64,000 nucleotides of DNA from an uncultured delta proteobacterium. Its GTDB lineage: Bacteria > Desulfobacterota > Binatia > UBA9968. The stretch's first letter is position 1; each line of letters opens with the position of its first letter. Where the stretch lies: positions 216,581 to 280,580 of the forward strand of contig CAVYTU010000011.1 in assembly GCA_963771465.1 (NCBI GenBank), in the 5' to 3' direction. The notes under the pieces are model-generated. The model searched no databases. It was not told the origin of the DNA and worked only from the letters and a program-made list of their open reading frames with translations. Positions 31,447-41,852 of the stretch are shown here, one piece after another. The position numbers and the translations under genes are program-made.

Positions 31447-32328
31447 ATGGAAAACCGCCGCTATGACTATTCCCCGATCATTCGCCGGCCGAAAATCGAA
31501 TGGCCCGATCACGGCCGTATCGCGCTGTGGGTGGCGCCGAATATTGAATATTTCCACTACGACATGCCGATCCGCGGTTCGGGCAGCAATCACACGCCCG
31601 ACGTGCCCGGCTACACGCTACGCGACTATGGCTCGCGCGTCGGCGTCTTCCGCATCATGGACGTGCTCGACAAATATGCCATTCGCGCCAGCGTGCTTTT
31701 GAATGCCGAAGTGTGCGAGCACCATCCGGCGATCATCGAAGAAGGCAATAAGCGCAAATGGGAATGGCTCGGTCATGGCATGACCAATAGTATTTCGATG
31801 CTCGACTACGCGCCCGAGGAAGAGCACGGCATCATTCGCAAGGTCAAAGAGATTATCACCAAGTCGACCGGCAAAGCGCCGAAAGGTTGGCTCGGTCCGG
31901 GCCTGGGTGAGACTTACGATACGCCGGATCATCTGGCGGCGGAAGGTTTCGAATACGTTTGCGACTGGGGCAACGACGAGCAGCCGACGCCCATGCGGGT
32001 GAAAAGCGGACGGATGATCGTCATTCCTTACGAGCTGGGCGTCAATGATATCCGAGTATTTCAACGCGAGAATCATACGCCGGAGCAGTACTATCGAATG
32101 GTTTGCGATCACTTCGATACACTCTACAAAGACAGCGCGACGGGCGGTCGCGTGTTGTGTCTGCCGCTCCATCCGTTTGTGATCGGCATGCCGTTCCGCA
32201 TCAACTATCTCGACAAGGCGCTCGACTACATGTGCGCGCACGAAGGCGTGTGGCGCACCACCGGATGGGAGATCGCCGAGTGGTACTACAAGCACTACTA
32301 TAAAGATCCCGGAAAGTTTGCGGGTTAG
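31447..32328 (+). CDS. Polysaccharide deacetylase family protein (PuuE-like)
   Basis: WPDHGRIALW, DYGSRVG, GWLGPG, LHPFVIG. Confidence 0.85.
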   Translation: MENRRYDYSPIIRRPKIEWPDHGRIALWVAPNIEYFHYDMPIRGSGSNHTPDVPGYTLRDYGSRVGVFRIMDVLDKYAIRASVLLNAEVCEHHPAIIEEGNKRKWEWLGHGMTNSISMLDYAPEEEHGIIRKVKEIITKSTGKAPKGWLGPGLGETYDTPDHLAAEGFEYVCDWGNDEQPTPMRVKSGRMIVIPYELGVNDIRVFQRENHTPEQYYRMVCDHFDTLYKDSATGGRVLCLPLHPFVIGMPFRINYLDKALDYMCAHEGVWRTTGWEIAEWYYKHYYKDPGKFAG

Positions 32329-32329
32329 G

Positions 32330-32509
32330 GTGAACAGTACGAATGCCAAGGCGAAAGAGACTTTCAAAGAAGAGATCGGCGACACCGAGTACAAACCGTT
32401 ATTGCCACCGGATCAGAAGCCGCCGTTGGAGCTGAATAGAGATTTGATTGAACGTTACCGGCCGGCGATGCGCGAGCATTATCTAAAATTGAAACCCGTG
32501 TTCAGCTAG
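32330..32509 (+). pseudogene. C-terminal remnant resembling an M20/AbgB-like amidohydrolase
   Basis: AKETFKEEIGDTEYKPLLPPDQKPPLELNRDLIERYRPAMREHY; no N-terminal part. Confidence 0.45.
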
Positions 32510-32615
32510 CAAAACTCGTTTCGCAGGACTCGCCCTCAGCCGGCGAGCTATGATATTGTTTCACTTCACCCCGGCTGCGAATTCAGATGAATTCCATCGG
32601 GTGCGCAGCGACCGG

Positions 32616-33335
32616 TTACCGTTCGCTCACCTCCGCCGTGAGCGTTACCGTCGAGCGCACGTCGACTGTTCCCGGTTCGACCGGTGTCGGCGCCTGAGCG
32701 GCGAGAGCTTCGCCGCGCGCCATTGGCGCTTGGCGATAGATGGGTTGAAAGGATCGTTCGCCTTCGATCACGGCTGTGATTCGCAGCACTTTCAATCCCA
32801 GCGATGCGGCGATCGCTTCGGCTTTGGTTTTTGCTTTTGCCGAAGCTTGACGCAGCGCGTCGAGGCGCGCGGCTTCTTCGTCTTTTAGCGTGAACAGCAA
32901 ACGGTTGATGTTATTGGCGCCGGCCTGCATGGCGGCGTCGATCAACTTGCCGACTTCGTCGAGCTTGGCCGTCTTGATGCGCACGATGTTATTCGCCGTG
33001 TAGCCGACGATCTCCGGCTTGCCGCCCTGGGGATAGCGATACTGCGGGTTGAGCCCGTAGCCGCTGGTTTTAACTTCGTCGCCTTTGCCTAGCAGCTTTT
33101 TCACTTCGGCGAGCACGCGCGCCAGCCGTTCGGCGTTTTCTCTCGACGCGTCCGGCGCACTGCGCGCTTGGGTTGTCACGCCGATATCGATCTGGGCTTG
33201 GTCCGGTTCGGCGGCGATGGTGGCTTCGCCGTTCACGGTGATCGATGGCGGCCGTGGCCGCTCGGCAGCCGGTTGGGCATCGACGGTTGCAACCGACAAC
33301 AGCATAGCGATGACGATAGCTGGAATTATTTTCAT
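32616..33335 (-). CDS. SIMPL domain (DUF541) protein
   Basis: Signal peptide; ITVNGEA..PDQA; AGANNI; KAEAIA. Confidence 0.88.
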   Translation of the reverse strand: MKIIPAIVIAMLLSVATVDAQPAAERPRPPSITVNGEATIAAEPDQAQIDIGVTTQARSAPDASRENAERLARVLAEVKKLLGKGDEVKTSGYGLNPQYRYPQGGKPEIVGYTANNIVRIKTAKLDEVGKLIDAAMQAGANNINRLLFTLKDEEAARLDALRQASAKAKTKAEAIAASLGLKVLRITAVIEGERSFQPIYRQAPMARGEALAAQAPTPVEPGTVDVRSTVTLTAEVSER

Positions 33336-33437
33336 TGGTATTCCTTTCGCTGCGCGCCGGCGGTTCCACGCTACCGGAAATCTCCTGGAGCCGCCAGGCT
33401 TGTAATTTTGCCGCAAATTAATAAACAGTTAGACGCG

Positions 33438-34226
33438 ATGCACAAGCAAATGTTCATGTCACAGCTATTGTTCTGGCTGGCGTTACTGACGATGGGCTGT
33501 TCGTTGGGGCGGGACAAACTTGGCTGGCGGGTCAGAGACATGGTGCTGAGGCAAACGTCGGTGGTGAATCTTCGCGACTTTAACGAGAATATCGTTGTTA
33601 CGCTGCCGACTAAGGCGCTGCAACAAATGATGCTCGCCCATTTCCGCATTGCCCGATCGGCAAATATCCAAGCTGAGCTTTTTATCGTCGACGGCGCGGA
33701 GCCCAACGCTTTTGCCGGCCTCCATGCCGGTCAAAGAATCATCGGCATCAACGTCGGCATGATGAAATTGATCGGCGACGAGGCCGACGAATATGCAGCG
33801 TTGATCGGCCATGAAGCGGCGCATTGGGCCAAGGGTCATGTCGACTCGGGCCAGGTGCGGGCCAATACGCTGAACGCCGTCGGCACGCTGGTCGGCGCCG
33901 GCTTGGGATTGGCGGGCGTACCGGCCGGCGGCTTGATTGCCGGCCTCGGCGTCGATCTGATCGATGCGTCCTACAGCCGCGAGCACGAGCGCGAGGCCGA
34001 CGCGCAAGGCTTTGAGTACATGTGGGCCAATGGTTACGACCCGCGCGCGGCGATCAAATTACACGAAAAGGTGCACAGCGCCGGCCGCGGTTTTCGCCTG
34101 CCGTTTCTGTCCAGTCATCCGAGCGGTGACGAGCGCATTGAGAATCTCAGAGCGCTGATCGATGCCAAATCAGCGCCAAGCCGCGCCGCTCCAGCGCTAG
34201 CGAGTGAGACTGAATCGTCAAATTAG
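33438..34226 (+). CDS. M48 family metallopeptidase
   Basis: PNAFA, HEAAH, YSREHEREAD, SSHP..ERI; start uncertain. Confidence 0.85.
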   Translation: MHKQMFMSQLLFWLALLTMGCSLGRDKLGWRVRDMVLRQTSVVNLRDFNENIVVTLPTKALQQMMLAHFRIARSANIQAELFIVDGAEPNAFAGLHAGQRIIGINVGMMKLIGDEADEYAALIGHEAAHWAKGHVDSGQVRANTLNAVGTLVGAGLGLAGVPAGGLIAGLGVDLIDASYSREHEREADAQGFEYMWANGYDPRAAIKLHEKVHSAGRGFRLPFLSSHPSGDERIENLRALIDAKSAPSRAAPALASETESSN

Positions 34227-34284
34227 CATTAGCAAAATTGCGCTTTGATTGCGCCGCTTGTCGGCTTCCTGCTAAATCAATCAT

Positions 34285-35607
34285 GTGAAGACGACAGCGG
34301 CCGCGGTGCGAACCTCTAAACACCAGGGAATTTTCTACGGCTGGTACATCGTCGGCGTCGGCTTTCTCGCCAACGTCGCTTCATCCTTCGCTCTTGCCAG
34401 CACGATGAGCATCTTCCTAAAGCCGCTCACCGCCGATCTCGGCGTGTCGCGCGGCGTGTTTTCGTTGCTGCGTTCCGGCGAAGGCATCATCGCCGCGTGC
34501 ATCGCGCCGCTGGTTGGAACGCTGGTTGACCGTTACGGCGGCCGCTGGTTGATGGTGATCGGTACCGGCATCGTCGCGGTCGGTTATTTTCTGCTTAGCC
34601 ACGTCGATAGTTTCGCGCAGTTTGTCGGCATTCGCCTGACGCTGGTGACTCTCGGTGATTCGATGATGGGATACATGGTCGTGAACGTCATCATCGCCCA
34701 GTGGTTTACGCGCTACCGTGGCCGCGCGCTGGCGATCTCCAGCATGGGTGTCGGTTTCGCCAAGGTGTGCATGCCCGTGGTGGCGGCGTCGCTGATTCTC
34801 TGGCTCGGCTGGCGTCAGACTTGGCTGGCGTTCGGCTTGATGACCCTCGGTTTATTAGTCGTGCCGGCGCTGTTGATCATTCGTCTGTCACCTGAGGCGA
34901 TGGGTTTGTTGCCGGACGGCGCATCGGCGCCGCTTGCTGATGATATCGCCAAGCCGAAGAAATCCACCGCCGGTGCGGCGCAGGCCGGTGCGCAGAATCT
35001 GACGTGGACGCGCGGCGAGGCGGCGCGGACGACGGCATTTTGGTTGCTGGTGATTACCTTCGGCATCTCCAGCATCGGTGTCACCGGGCTCAATCTGCAT
35101 GTGTATTCTTACGTTACCGATCTCGGCCACTCCGCCGTGATCGCCGCGACCGTGATGAGCATCATCGCATCGATGCAATTGGCCTCGCCGCTCGCTTGGG
35201 GAATCCTCGCGGAAAAAATCGGCGCACGCTACGCCGCGACGCTGCGCTTCGTTATCCAAGGCGTCGGCTTGGCGATGGCGATTTTGACGGGCAATCTACT
35301 CTGTCTCTACGCCGGCTTCTTTCTCTACGGCATCGGGCTTGGCGGCAACATGGTGCTGCCCGACATTCTTTGGGCCGACTATTTTGGCCGCCAGTCGCTC
35401 GGCAAGATTCGCGGCATGGGCTTGTTCATCTCGCATTTTCTCGCCGCCATCGGGCCGCCGTTCTTCGGCTTTCTTTTCGACATCACCGGCGGCTATGGAC
35501 TGTCGTTCGCGATCTTCGGCGCCGTGTTGGTGATATCGGCGTTTCTCAGCCTTATGCTCAAGCCGCCGCGGCGAAGGTCAGGTTGGAGTGATGGCGTGTT
35601 GGAATAA
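34285..35607 (+). CDS. MFS transporter (OFA/MCT-like)
   Basis: FYGWYIV, DRYGGR, WFTRYRGRA; ~12 TM segments. Confidence 0.88.
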   Translation: MKTTAAAVRTSKHQGIFYGWYIVGVGFLANVASSFALASTMSIFLKPLTADLGVSRGVFSLLRSGEGIIAACIAPLVGTLVDRYGGRWLMVIGTGIVAVGYFLLSHVDSFAQFVGIRLTLVTLGDSMMGYMVVNVIIAQWFTRYRGRALAISSMGVGFAKVCMPVVAASLILWLGWRQTWLAFGLMTLGLLVVPALLIIRLSPEAMGLLPDGASAPLADDIAKPKKSTAGAAQAGAQNLTWTRGEAARTTAFWLLVITFGISSIGVTGLNLHVYSYVTDLGHSAVIAATVMSIIASMQLASPLAWGILAEKIGARYAATLRFVIQGVGLAMAILTGNLLCLYAGFFLYGIGLGGNMVLPDILWADYFGRQSLGKIRGMGLFISHFLAAIGPPFFGFLFDITGGYGLSFAIFGAVLVISAFLSLMLKPPRRRSGWSDGVLE

Positions 35608-35660
35608 TGGAGTGTTGGGTTTTGGCGAACCCATCACTGCGCCACTTCATGACGCCAATT
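35583..35660. repeat. REP-like palindrome of 8-bp TGGAGT(A/G)N units
   Basis: TGGAGTGA TGGCGTGT TGGAATAA TGGAGTGT TGGG..CCCATCAC..; degenerate right arm. Confidence 0.6.
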
Positions 35661-35736
35661 TGCGCTGCTTCTCGGCTTGACACCGGCATCGGCCTCTCCT
35701 ATAGCTTCGAGTTAAATTTCACTGAAAGGATTTTCC

Positions 35737-36732
35737 ATGATTATTGATATTCATAATCACATTGTCGCCGGCGAACAGCTGCAGACTTTTCAAGCCGGTT
35801 TGATCAACAGCGCGGGATTTCACAAACCGCGCGGCGTGGTCGTTACTGAAAAACATATCGAACAGGCCAAATGGCAAGGGCACAAGCATTCCGAGGTGCT
35901 CAATGAAGTCGGCACCGATTTCGCCTTCATCTCACCACGGCCGTACACGATGATGCATTCAGCCAAGCCGGAGAAGATCGTCCACTGGTATTGCCAGGCG
36001 GTCAACGACGCGCTGGCGCTGCAAGTGAAGATGGAGCCGAATAAGTTCCGCGCCATCGGCGGCTTGCCGCAAAACGCCGGCGTGCCGGTGACCAATACGT
36101 TCGACGAGATCGACCGCTGCATCAACGATCTCGGTTTTGTCGGCATCATGATCAACCCCGATCCCGGCGAAGGCGATGGACAAACTCCTGCCATGGGACA
36201 GGAATATTGGTACCCGCTCTACGAAAAGATGGTCAAGATGGATATTCCCGGCTTGCTGCACGGCGCGAGCTGCAAAAATCCGCGCGAGTCGTTTCACGGC
36301 CACTTCATCACCGAAGAGAGCATCGCGATTCTCTCCATCGTCGATTCCAACGTGTTCAAAGATTTTCCAAAATTAAAGCTGATCATCTCCCACGGCGGCG
36401 GCTCGGTGCCCTATCAAGTCGGGCGCTGGCGCTCGCAGTTGCGCGGCCCCAACGACACCGAAACTTTCGATCAGCGCCTCAAACAGCTCTACTTCGATAG
36501 CGCGCTGTACAACGTCGAGTCTTTGAAGCTGCTTTTCCGAATCTGCGGGCCCGAGCGTTGTCTGTTCGGCACCGAACGGCCCGGCGCCGGTTCGAAAACC
36601 GATCCACGCACCGGCAAATGGTACGACGACGTGCGGCCGAATATCGAAAGCATCCCGTGGCTCACCGCCGAGGACAAGGCGAAGATCTTTCAGAAAAACG
36701 CGCTGCAAGTGTTCTCGCGGTTCAAGCAATAG
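35737..36732 (+). CDS. Amidohydrolase_2 family protein (LigJ/4-oxalomesaconate hydratase-like)
   Basis: MIIDIHNH, INPDPGEG, SHGGG.VPYQVGRW, FGTERPG. Confidence 0.8.
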   Translation: MIIDIHNHIVAGEQLQTFQAGLINSAGFHKPRGVVVTEKHIEQAKWQGHKHSEVLNEVGTDFAFISPRPYTMMHSAKPEKIVHWYCQAVNDALALQVKMEPNKFRAIGGLPQNAGVPVTNTFDEIDRCINDLGFVGIMINPDPGEGDGQTPAMGQEYWYPLYEKMVKMDIPGLLHGASCKNPRESFHGHFITEESIAILSIVDSNVFKDFPKLKLIISHGGGSVPYQVGRWRSQLRGPNDTETFDQRLKQLYFDSALYNVESLKLLFRICGPERCLFGTERPGAGSKTDPRTGKWYDDVRPNIESIPWLTAEDKAKIFQKNALQVFSRFKQ

Positions 36733-36744
36733 GTGTTAACGAAT

Positions 36745-36812
36745 TGGAGTAGTGGAGTGCTGGAGTACTGGGTTTTCGAATAACTCATCACTCCAACACT
36801 CCATTACTCCAG
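36745..36812. repeat. REP-like palindrome of 8-bp TGGAGTAN units
   Basis: TGGAGTAG TGGAGTGC TGGAGTAC TGGGTT..AACTCATCACTCCAACACTCCATTACTCCA. Confidence 0.75.
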
Positions 36813-36958
36813 TGTGTTTATACTCATGGTGAATCAGTTAACCTCGATCTTCATGCGTTGAGTCCAGCATGCCACGTGATTCGTGGCGATGATCCAATAT
36901 AAAATTGGTCGGCGACTGTCACCAAAAGGTATCTTTATTGCGCTGGGCTTTTGGATTA

Positions 36959-37754
36959 ATGGTGACACTAATTCCTGCAATCGGACTTCGTGGCGTAGCG
37001 CATCTCGCCGGCGGCAAGAAAATTCTAGATTCCATCAATTGGACCGTGCAGCCGAGCGAGCACTGGGCGATTCTTGGCCCCAACGGTCCGGGGAAGTCGA
37101 CATTGCTCAAAATCGCTTGCGGATTTCTCTGGCCCAACGCCGGCAGAGAAGTGCGGCGCAAAGGTAAAACGCTGCTCGATTTGCGCGCGCTGCGAAATAG
37201 CATCGGTTGGGTGACCTCGTCGTTGGTGTCGGAAATACCGGAGAGCGAAAAAGTGATTCGCCGTGGTCTCGGGAAAATTTGCTCAGATCGGGTTGCTCGA
37301 ACAGTTCGGCGGCGAGGCGACAGCGAGCGATTATCGCTTGGCGTTGCGCTATCTGATCGAGATGGGTTGCGGTTATTTGCGCAATCAAGAGTTTGGCACC
37401 CTATCCCAGGGCGAGCAACAGAAAATTCTCATTGCGCGTGCGCGCATGACCAGACCTTATCGGATCATGCTCGACGAGCCGTGCGCCGGCATGGACCCGG
37501 GAGCGCGGGAGAATTTTCTGGCAAGCCTCGCTGTGTTGGGCAGGCAAAAAAAAGTTCCCGCGTTGATCTATGTGACACACCACGTTGAAGAGATCCTGCC
37601 TCTTTTCATCAAGACGTTGGTGCTGCGTAACGGTAAAGTCCTGCATTCCGGCAAGACGCGCGATGTCTTGCAAGCGGGTGTGCTGAAGGAACTGTACGGC
37701 GCACCGCTTTCGCTGATACGCCGTAAGGGGCGTTATTGGCCGGTGATGGCTTAG
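36959..37754 (+). CDS. ABC transporter ATP-binding protein (YlmA/ModF-like); frameshift near 37260
   Basis: GPNGPGKST Walker A; LSQGEQQ and LDEP in the next frame. Confidence 0.8.
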
Positions 37755-37795
37755 TTACAATTCGTTTCAGCAGCATATTTTCACTCTCCTCATCG

Positions 37796-39268
37796 ATGGC
37801 AAGCACAATCGACATCGTCCAAACCAAGACTCGCAACCGCTGGTGGTCGCTTTCGGTGGCGTCGATCGCCACCTTGATTGTCACCGCCGACACCGGTCAG
37901 CTCAGCATCGCGTTGCCGCTGATCATCACTGAGTTCAACGCGGATTTGACCTTAGCGAGCTGGATCGCACTCGCCTACGCGCTGATCACCGCGTCACTTT
38001 ATCTGCCGTGCGGCAGGCTATCGGATTTAGTCGGCGTGGGGCGATTGTTTCTCGCGGGCTTCGTGCTTTACGGCGTCAGCTCCGTCGCCGCCGGGTCGGC
38101 GCAGAATACCGCACAGCTGTTGATCTTTCGCGCCCTGCAAGCCGCCGGAAGCGCGCTTATCATGGCGAATAATTTTGCTTTGGTGACGGCGCTGTTTCCG
38201 CCCGAGGAGCGCGGCCGCGCGATGGGTATCGCCGGCGGCTCGATCTCGGCGATCGGCTACACGCTCGGTCCGGTCATCGGCGGTTTACTGACCCATAGTT
38301 TGGGTTGGCGCTCGAATTTTTTCGTTTCTGCCGTGCTTGCCTTCGTCGGTTGCGGTGTCGCAAAGCTGTTGTTGCCGCCGGAAAGTTTCCACGGTTCTAC
38401 GGCGAAGCGGGAGCCTTTCGATTTGACCGGCGCGTTGTCGTTCGCGTGCAGCATCTCGCTTCTGTTATTCGGACTCGCCACGGCGCAGAAAGCCGGTTGG
38501 CAGAGTTTGCTGGTAAGCATTCCTTTGATTGCCGGTCTTGCCATGCTCGCCTTCTTTATCAACTGGGAAAGGCGTGTAAGTTTTCCTTTGCTCGATCTAG
38601 CGTTATTTCGCATCCCGGCGTTCACTTTAGGTAACATTGCGCGCTGGATTAGCTTTGTCGCCATGAGCGTGAGTATTTTGCTCATGCCGTTTTTTCTTCA
38701 GCTTGCCTTGGGTTTGGACCCACTCCACGCCGGTTTCCTGGTCGCACCGACGCCCTTCGCGATGGCATTGCTGGCGCCGCTGACCGGCTGGATGTCGGAG
38801 CGATTTATTCCCGAACGCCTTTGCGCCGTCGGATTGAGTGTTACCGGAGCGGCTTTCATCCTGTTGAGTTTTCTTTCACCGACTTCCACCTCATTGGAAA
38901 TTATTCTCTACCTGGCCTTGGTGGGCGTCGGCATGGGACTGTTCCAGACGCCGAATAATAATTTGCTCATGACCGCCGTGCCGCGCCATCGCCTCGGCGT
39001 CGGCTCCGCTTTTCTCTCGATCGTGCGCAGCGTGGGATATGCCTCCGGCACGACCTTGGCGGTGACGATTGTAGGCTATTATCTACTGCAAGCGTCGGAC
39101 GACACGTCATTGCAAAGCTTTGGTGGTGGGGCGGGAATGAATTTCGACATGCGTACTCTTGCCGCATTTTTGCGCGGCTTTCGCAGCGCTTGTTTGATCG
39201 TTGCAATTGTATCGTTTTGTGGTGCCATTGTGAGCCTGTGGCCGGTGTCCGGAAAAGTTAATGCATGA
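37796..39268 (+). CDS. MFS transporter, DHA2/EmrB-like
   Basis: GRLSDLVG, RALQAAG, GPVIGG; ~14 TM segments. Confidence 0.88.
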   Translation: MASTIDIVQTKTRNRWWSLSVASIATLIVTADTGQLSIALPLIITEFNADLTLASWIALAYALITASLYLPCGRLSDLVGVGRLFLAGFVLYGVSSVAAGSAQNTAQLLIFRALQAAGSALIMANNFALVTALFPPEERGRAMGIAGGSISAIGYTLGPVIGGLLTHSLGWRSNFFVSAVLAFVGCGVAKLLLPPESFHGSTAKREPFDLTGALSFACSISLLLFGLATAQKAGWQSLLVSIPLIAGLAMLAFFINWERRVSFPLLDLALFRIPAFTLGNIARWISFVAMSVSILLMPFFLQLALGLDPLHAGFLVAPTPFAMALLAPLTGWMSERFIPERLCAVGLSVTGAAFILLSFLSPTSTSLEIILYLALVGVGMGLFQTPNNNLLMTAVPRHRLGVGSAFLSIVRSVGYASGTTLAVTIVGYYLLQASDDTSLQSFGGGAGMNFDMRTLAAFLRGFRSACLIVAIVSFCGAIVSLWPVSGKVNA

Positions 39269-39352
39269 GATCTCTAAGACGGTGAGGTCATGGTATTGTA
39301 GTGCGACACCACTGATAAGCCGCGATCGGCGCGAATAAATCGTACCAGACCC

Positions 39353-40741
39353 ATGTTACTTCGATTCGTCAACATTCTACGGCCGTTTCGATATGCACTT
39401 CCTTGTATTACGATTTGGACACTGTATCTGCTCGCCTTTTGGCCCGGCTTGATGAGTCCGGACTCGATTGCCCAGTGGGATCAAGTCGTCAAAACTTCAT
39501 TCTCAAATAATTATCCTGCATTCCACACGTTGACGAATTGGTTGATCACGCGCATCTGGCTGTCGCCGGCGGCGATCGCCGCCGCTCAAATCATCGTCCT
39601 GGCAGCCATTTTTAGTCTTACCATGGTCGAGCTGGAACTCTGGGACATATCGCTGCGCGTTAGAGCCTGCATCACGGGCGCGTTCTGCCTGTCGCCGGTT
39701 AACGGCATGATGGTGATCACGCTATGGAAAGACATCGCATTTACTTGCGCGATGCTGGGTCTCTTCACGGTAGTTTTGCGTAGTATACGGTCACAAGGCC
39801 GTTGGCTGCAAAGCGCGCAAGGAATGGTGGCACTTTGGTCAGCGCTTGTGTCGGTCTCGTTGTTTCGTCACAACGGTGTGCCGGTGGTGGGGCTGTTCTT
39901 AGTGATCATGTTGATCGTTTGGCGACGCATTTGTTTTCGACAACTGGTTCGAGTCAGTATAAACTGGCTACTGTTTTTCATTATAGTCACGGGCCCAGTC
40001 TATCGTCTCATCGGTGTCGCGCCGATGGCCAAGTTTTTCGCCCTACAGAATATTATGCACCAGCTCGGTGCCATGATTTCTGACGGTGTCATTCAATCGA
40101 GATCGGATTTCGCTTATTTGGCGTCGATCCAACCCATCGAGAGTTGGCGGCGCTTCTATGATTGCTACAGTCTAAACGGCCTGGTTTACAACGGTAACGT
40201 CCGACACCAGTTCATGGAATCGAATAGTGAGCCGATCATTGGCATTTGGATGGGTTCGATAGTTCGAAATCCTGACGTAATCGTAGCGCACCAGAAGTGC
40301 GTTACCTCGATGTTGTGGCAAATCCCAGAACCAGCAGCTCGCGAGGGCCATTTATATACCACCGAGCGGGGCATCGTGATAAACGATCTGGGATTGCAAT
40401 CCCACAGTCTATTGCCGCAACTACGCGACTATATTTCCCAGATTGTATATTGGTCCGTCGATCCTGGGCGCATTTGGTTCATGTGGCGCCCAGCGATTTA
40501 CTTTTATGCTTTGTTGTTGTCCGTTGGACTCGCGGCGGTTCGCACAAAGAATATCAAAGTGTTGCTGATAAGCGCACCGGCCATTCTTAATACATTGATT
40601 TGGCTTCCGCTGATCACCACACAAGATTTTCGCTTTCAATACCCGGTGTATGTCATGGCCCTGATCGTGCTGGCGCTAATTTTTGTGCCACCGCCAACAC
40701 GAAAGAGCGAGCCGGCAACTTCATCATCAATTAGCGAATGA
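39353..40741 (+). CDS. DUF6020-like membrane protein (GT-C-type glycosyltransferase candidate)
   Basis: WPGLMSPDS..QW, LWKD, FRHNG, DFRF; polytopic. Confidence 0.6.
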   Translation: MLLRFVNILRPFRYALPCITIWTLYLLAFWPGLMSPDSIAQWDQVVKTSFSNNYPAFHTLTNWLITRIWLSPAAIAAAQIIVLAAIFSLTMVELELWDISLRVRACITGAFCLSPVNGMMVITLWKDIAFTCAMLGLFTVVLRSIRSQGRWLQSAQGMVALWSALVSVSLFRHNGVPVVGLFLVIMLIVWRRICFRQLVRVSINWLLFFIIVTGPVYRLIGVAPMAKFFALQNIMHQLGAMISDGVIQSRSDFAYLASIQPIESWRRFYDCYSLNGLVYNGNVRHQFMESNSEPIIGIWMGSIVRNPDVIVAHQKCVTSMLWQIPEPAAREGHLYTTERGIVINDLGLQSHSLLPQLRDYISQIVYWSVDPGRIWFMWRPAIYFYALLLSVGLAAVRTKNIKVLLISAPAILNTLIWLPLITTQDFRFQYPVYVMALIVLALIFVPPPTRKSEPATSSSISE

Positions 40742-41852
40742 AAGGTGTGCCAGTGGCAACATCGCAAATGCGGTCGAGTTCGGTTCGTTTAAGCCCAGGA
40801 TACAATGGCAGACTTAGGCATTCGTTGGCTAACTTCTCGGCGACTGGAAAGTCCCCCGGCTTGTGGCCGAGAAATTTGTATGCAGGTTGAAGATGGAGTG
40901 GAATTGGATAATGGAGCCCCGTGCCAATGGAAACCCCTGCCAGTTCTTGGCAAAGGTGGTCCCGTTGCGGCGAGCGTATCACGAAAAGGTGCCACACATG
41001 TTTTTGGCCGGGGGACTCGGACGGTAGCGTGAGGGAGGTCTTGGCCAGGTTTCTATTGTATGCATTCGCTAGTTCAGCGCGCGCTATGTTCCAGCCATCC
41101 AAATGACGAAGCTTGATTCCAAGAATCGCGCCTTGCAATTCGTCCATTCGGTAATTGAAGCCAAGTTCTTCATGGCGATATTTTTCGATCTGGGAGTGAT
41201 CGCGTAGGTGGCGCAGCCGGGCCGCGCGTTTTTCGTCGTTGGTCGTTATCGCGCCGGCTTCTCCGAAGGCGCCTAGGTTCTTGGTGGGATAAAAACTAAA
41301 ACACCCAAGGTCGCCATAGCTTCCAGCGCGGTGTCCCTGGTATTCCGCTCCATGGGCCTGGGCGGCATCTTCTATTAGCGCCAACCCATGTATATTACAA
41401 AGCTCGCGCATGGGCTCCATATCGGCCATTTGGCCATAAAGGTGAACTGGAAGTATGGCCCGAGTCTTGGGACCGATGGCGCGCGCGACTTTCTCTACGT
41501 CTATGTTGCACGTGTGTGGATCGACGTCGACGAATACCGGTCTTGCGCCCACATAAGAAATAGCCCATGACGTCGCTATGAAAGTAAAGGGAGTAGTGAT
41601 GACTTCGTCTCCCGCTTTTACGCCGCTGGCAATGAGCGCGAGGTGCAAGGCACTAGTTCCGGAATTCACAGCGATGCAATGGCGTGTGCCGCAGTAACTA
41701 GCGAAGTCATTCTCGAATCTTGCAACTGCCTGGTTCGAAGCGAAAGCTCCACGATCGAGCGTGCGCTGAACGGCGTCGTCGATTTCATTTCTTATCTCAA
41801 AACATTGACGATTCAGGTCGATAAAAGGAATGGTGTCGAGCGAGTCGTTCAT
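40731..41852 (-). CDS. DegT/DnrJ/EryC1/StrS aminotransferase (WbpE-like)
   Basis: SGTSALHL, EDAAQAHG, SFYPTKNLG. Confidence 0.92.
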   Translation of the reverse strand: MNDSLDTIPFIDLNRQCFEIRNEIDDAVQRTLDRGAFASNQAVARFENDFASYCGTRHCIAVNSGTSALHLALIASGVKAGDEVITTPFTFIATSWAISYVGARPVFVDVDPHTCNIDVEKVARAIGPKTRAILPVHLYGQMADMEPMRELCNIHGLALIEDAAQAHGAEYQGHRAGSYGDLGCFSFYPTKNLGAFGEAGAITTNDEKRAARLRHLRDHSQIEKYRHEELGFNYRMDELQGAILGIKLRHLDGWNIARAELANAYNRNLAKTSLTLPSESPGQKHVWHLFVIRSPQRDHLCQELAGVSIGTGLHYPIPLHLQPAYKFLGHKPGDFPVAEKLANECLSLPLYPGLKRTELDRICDVATGTPFIR

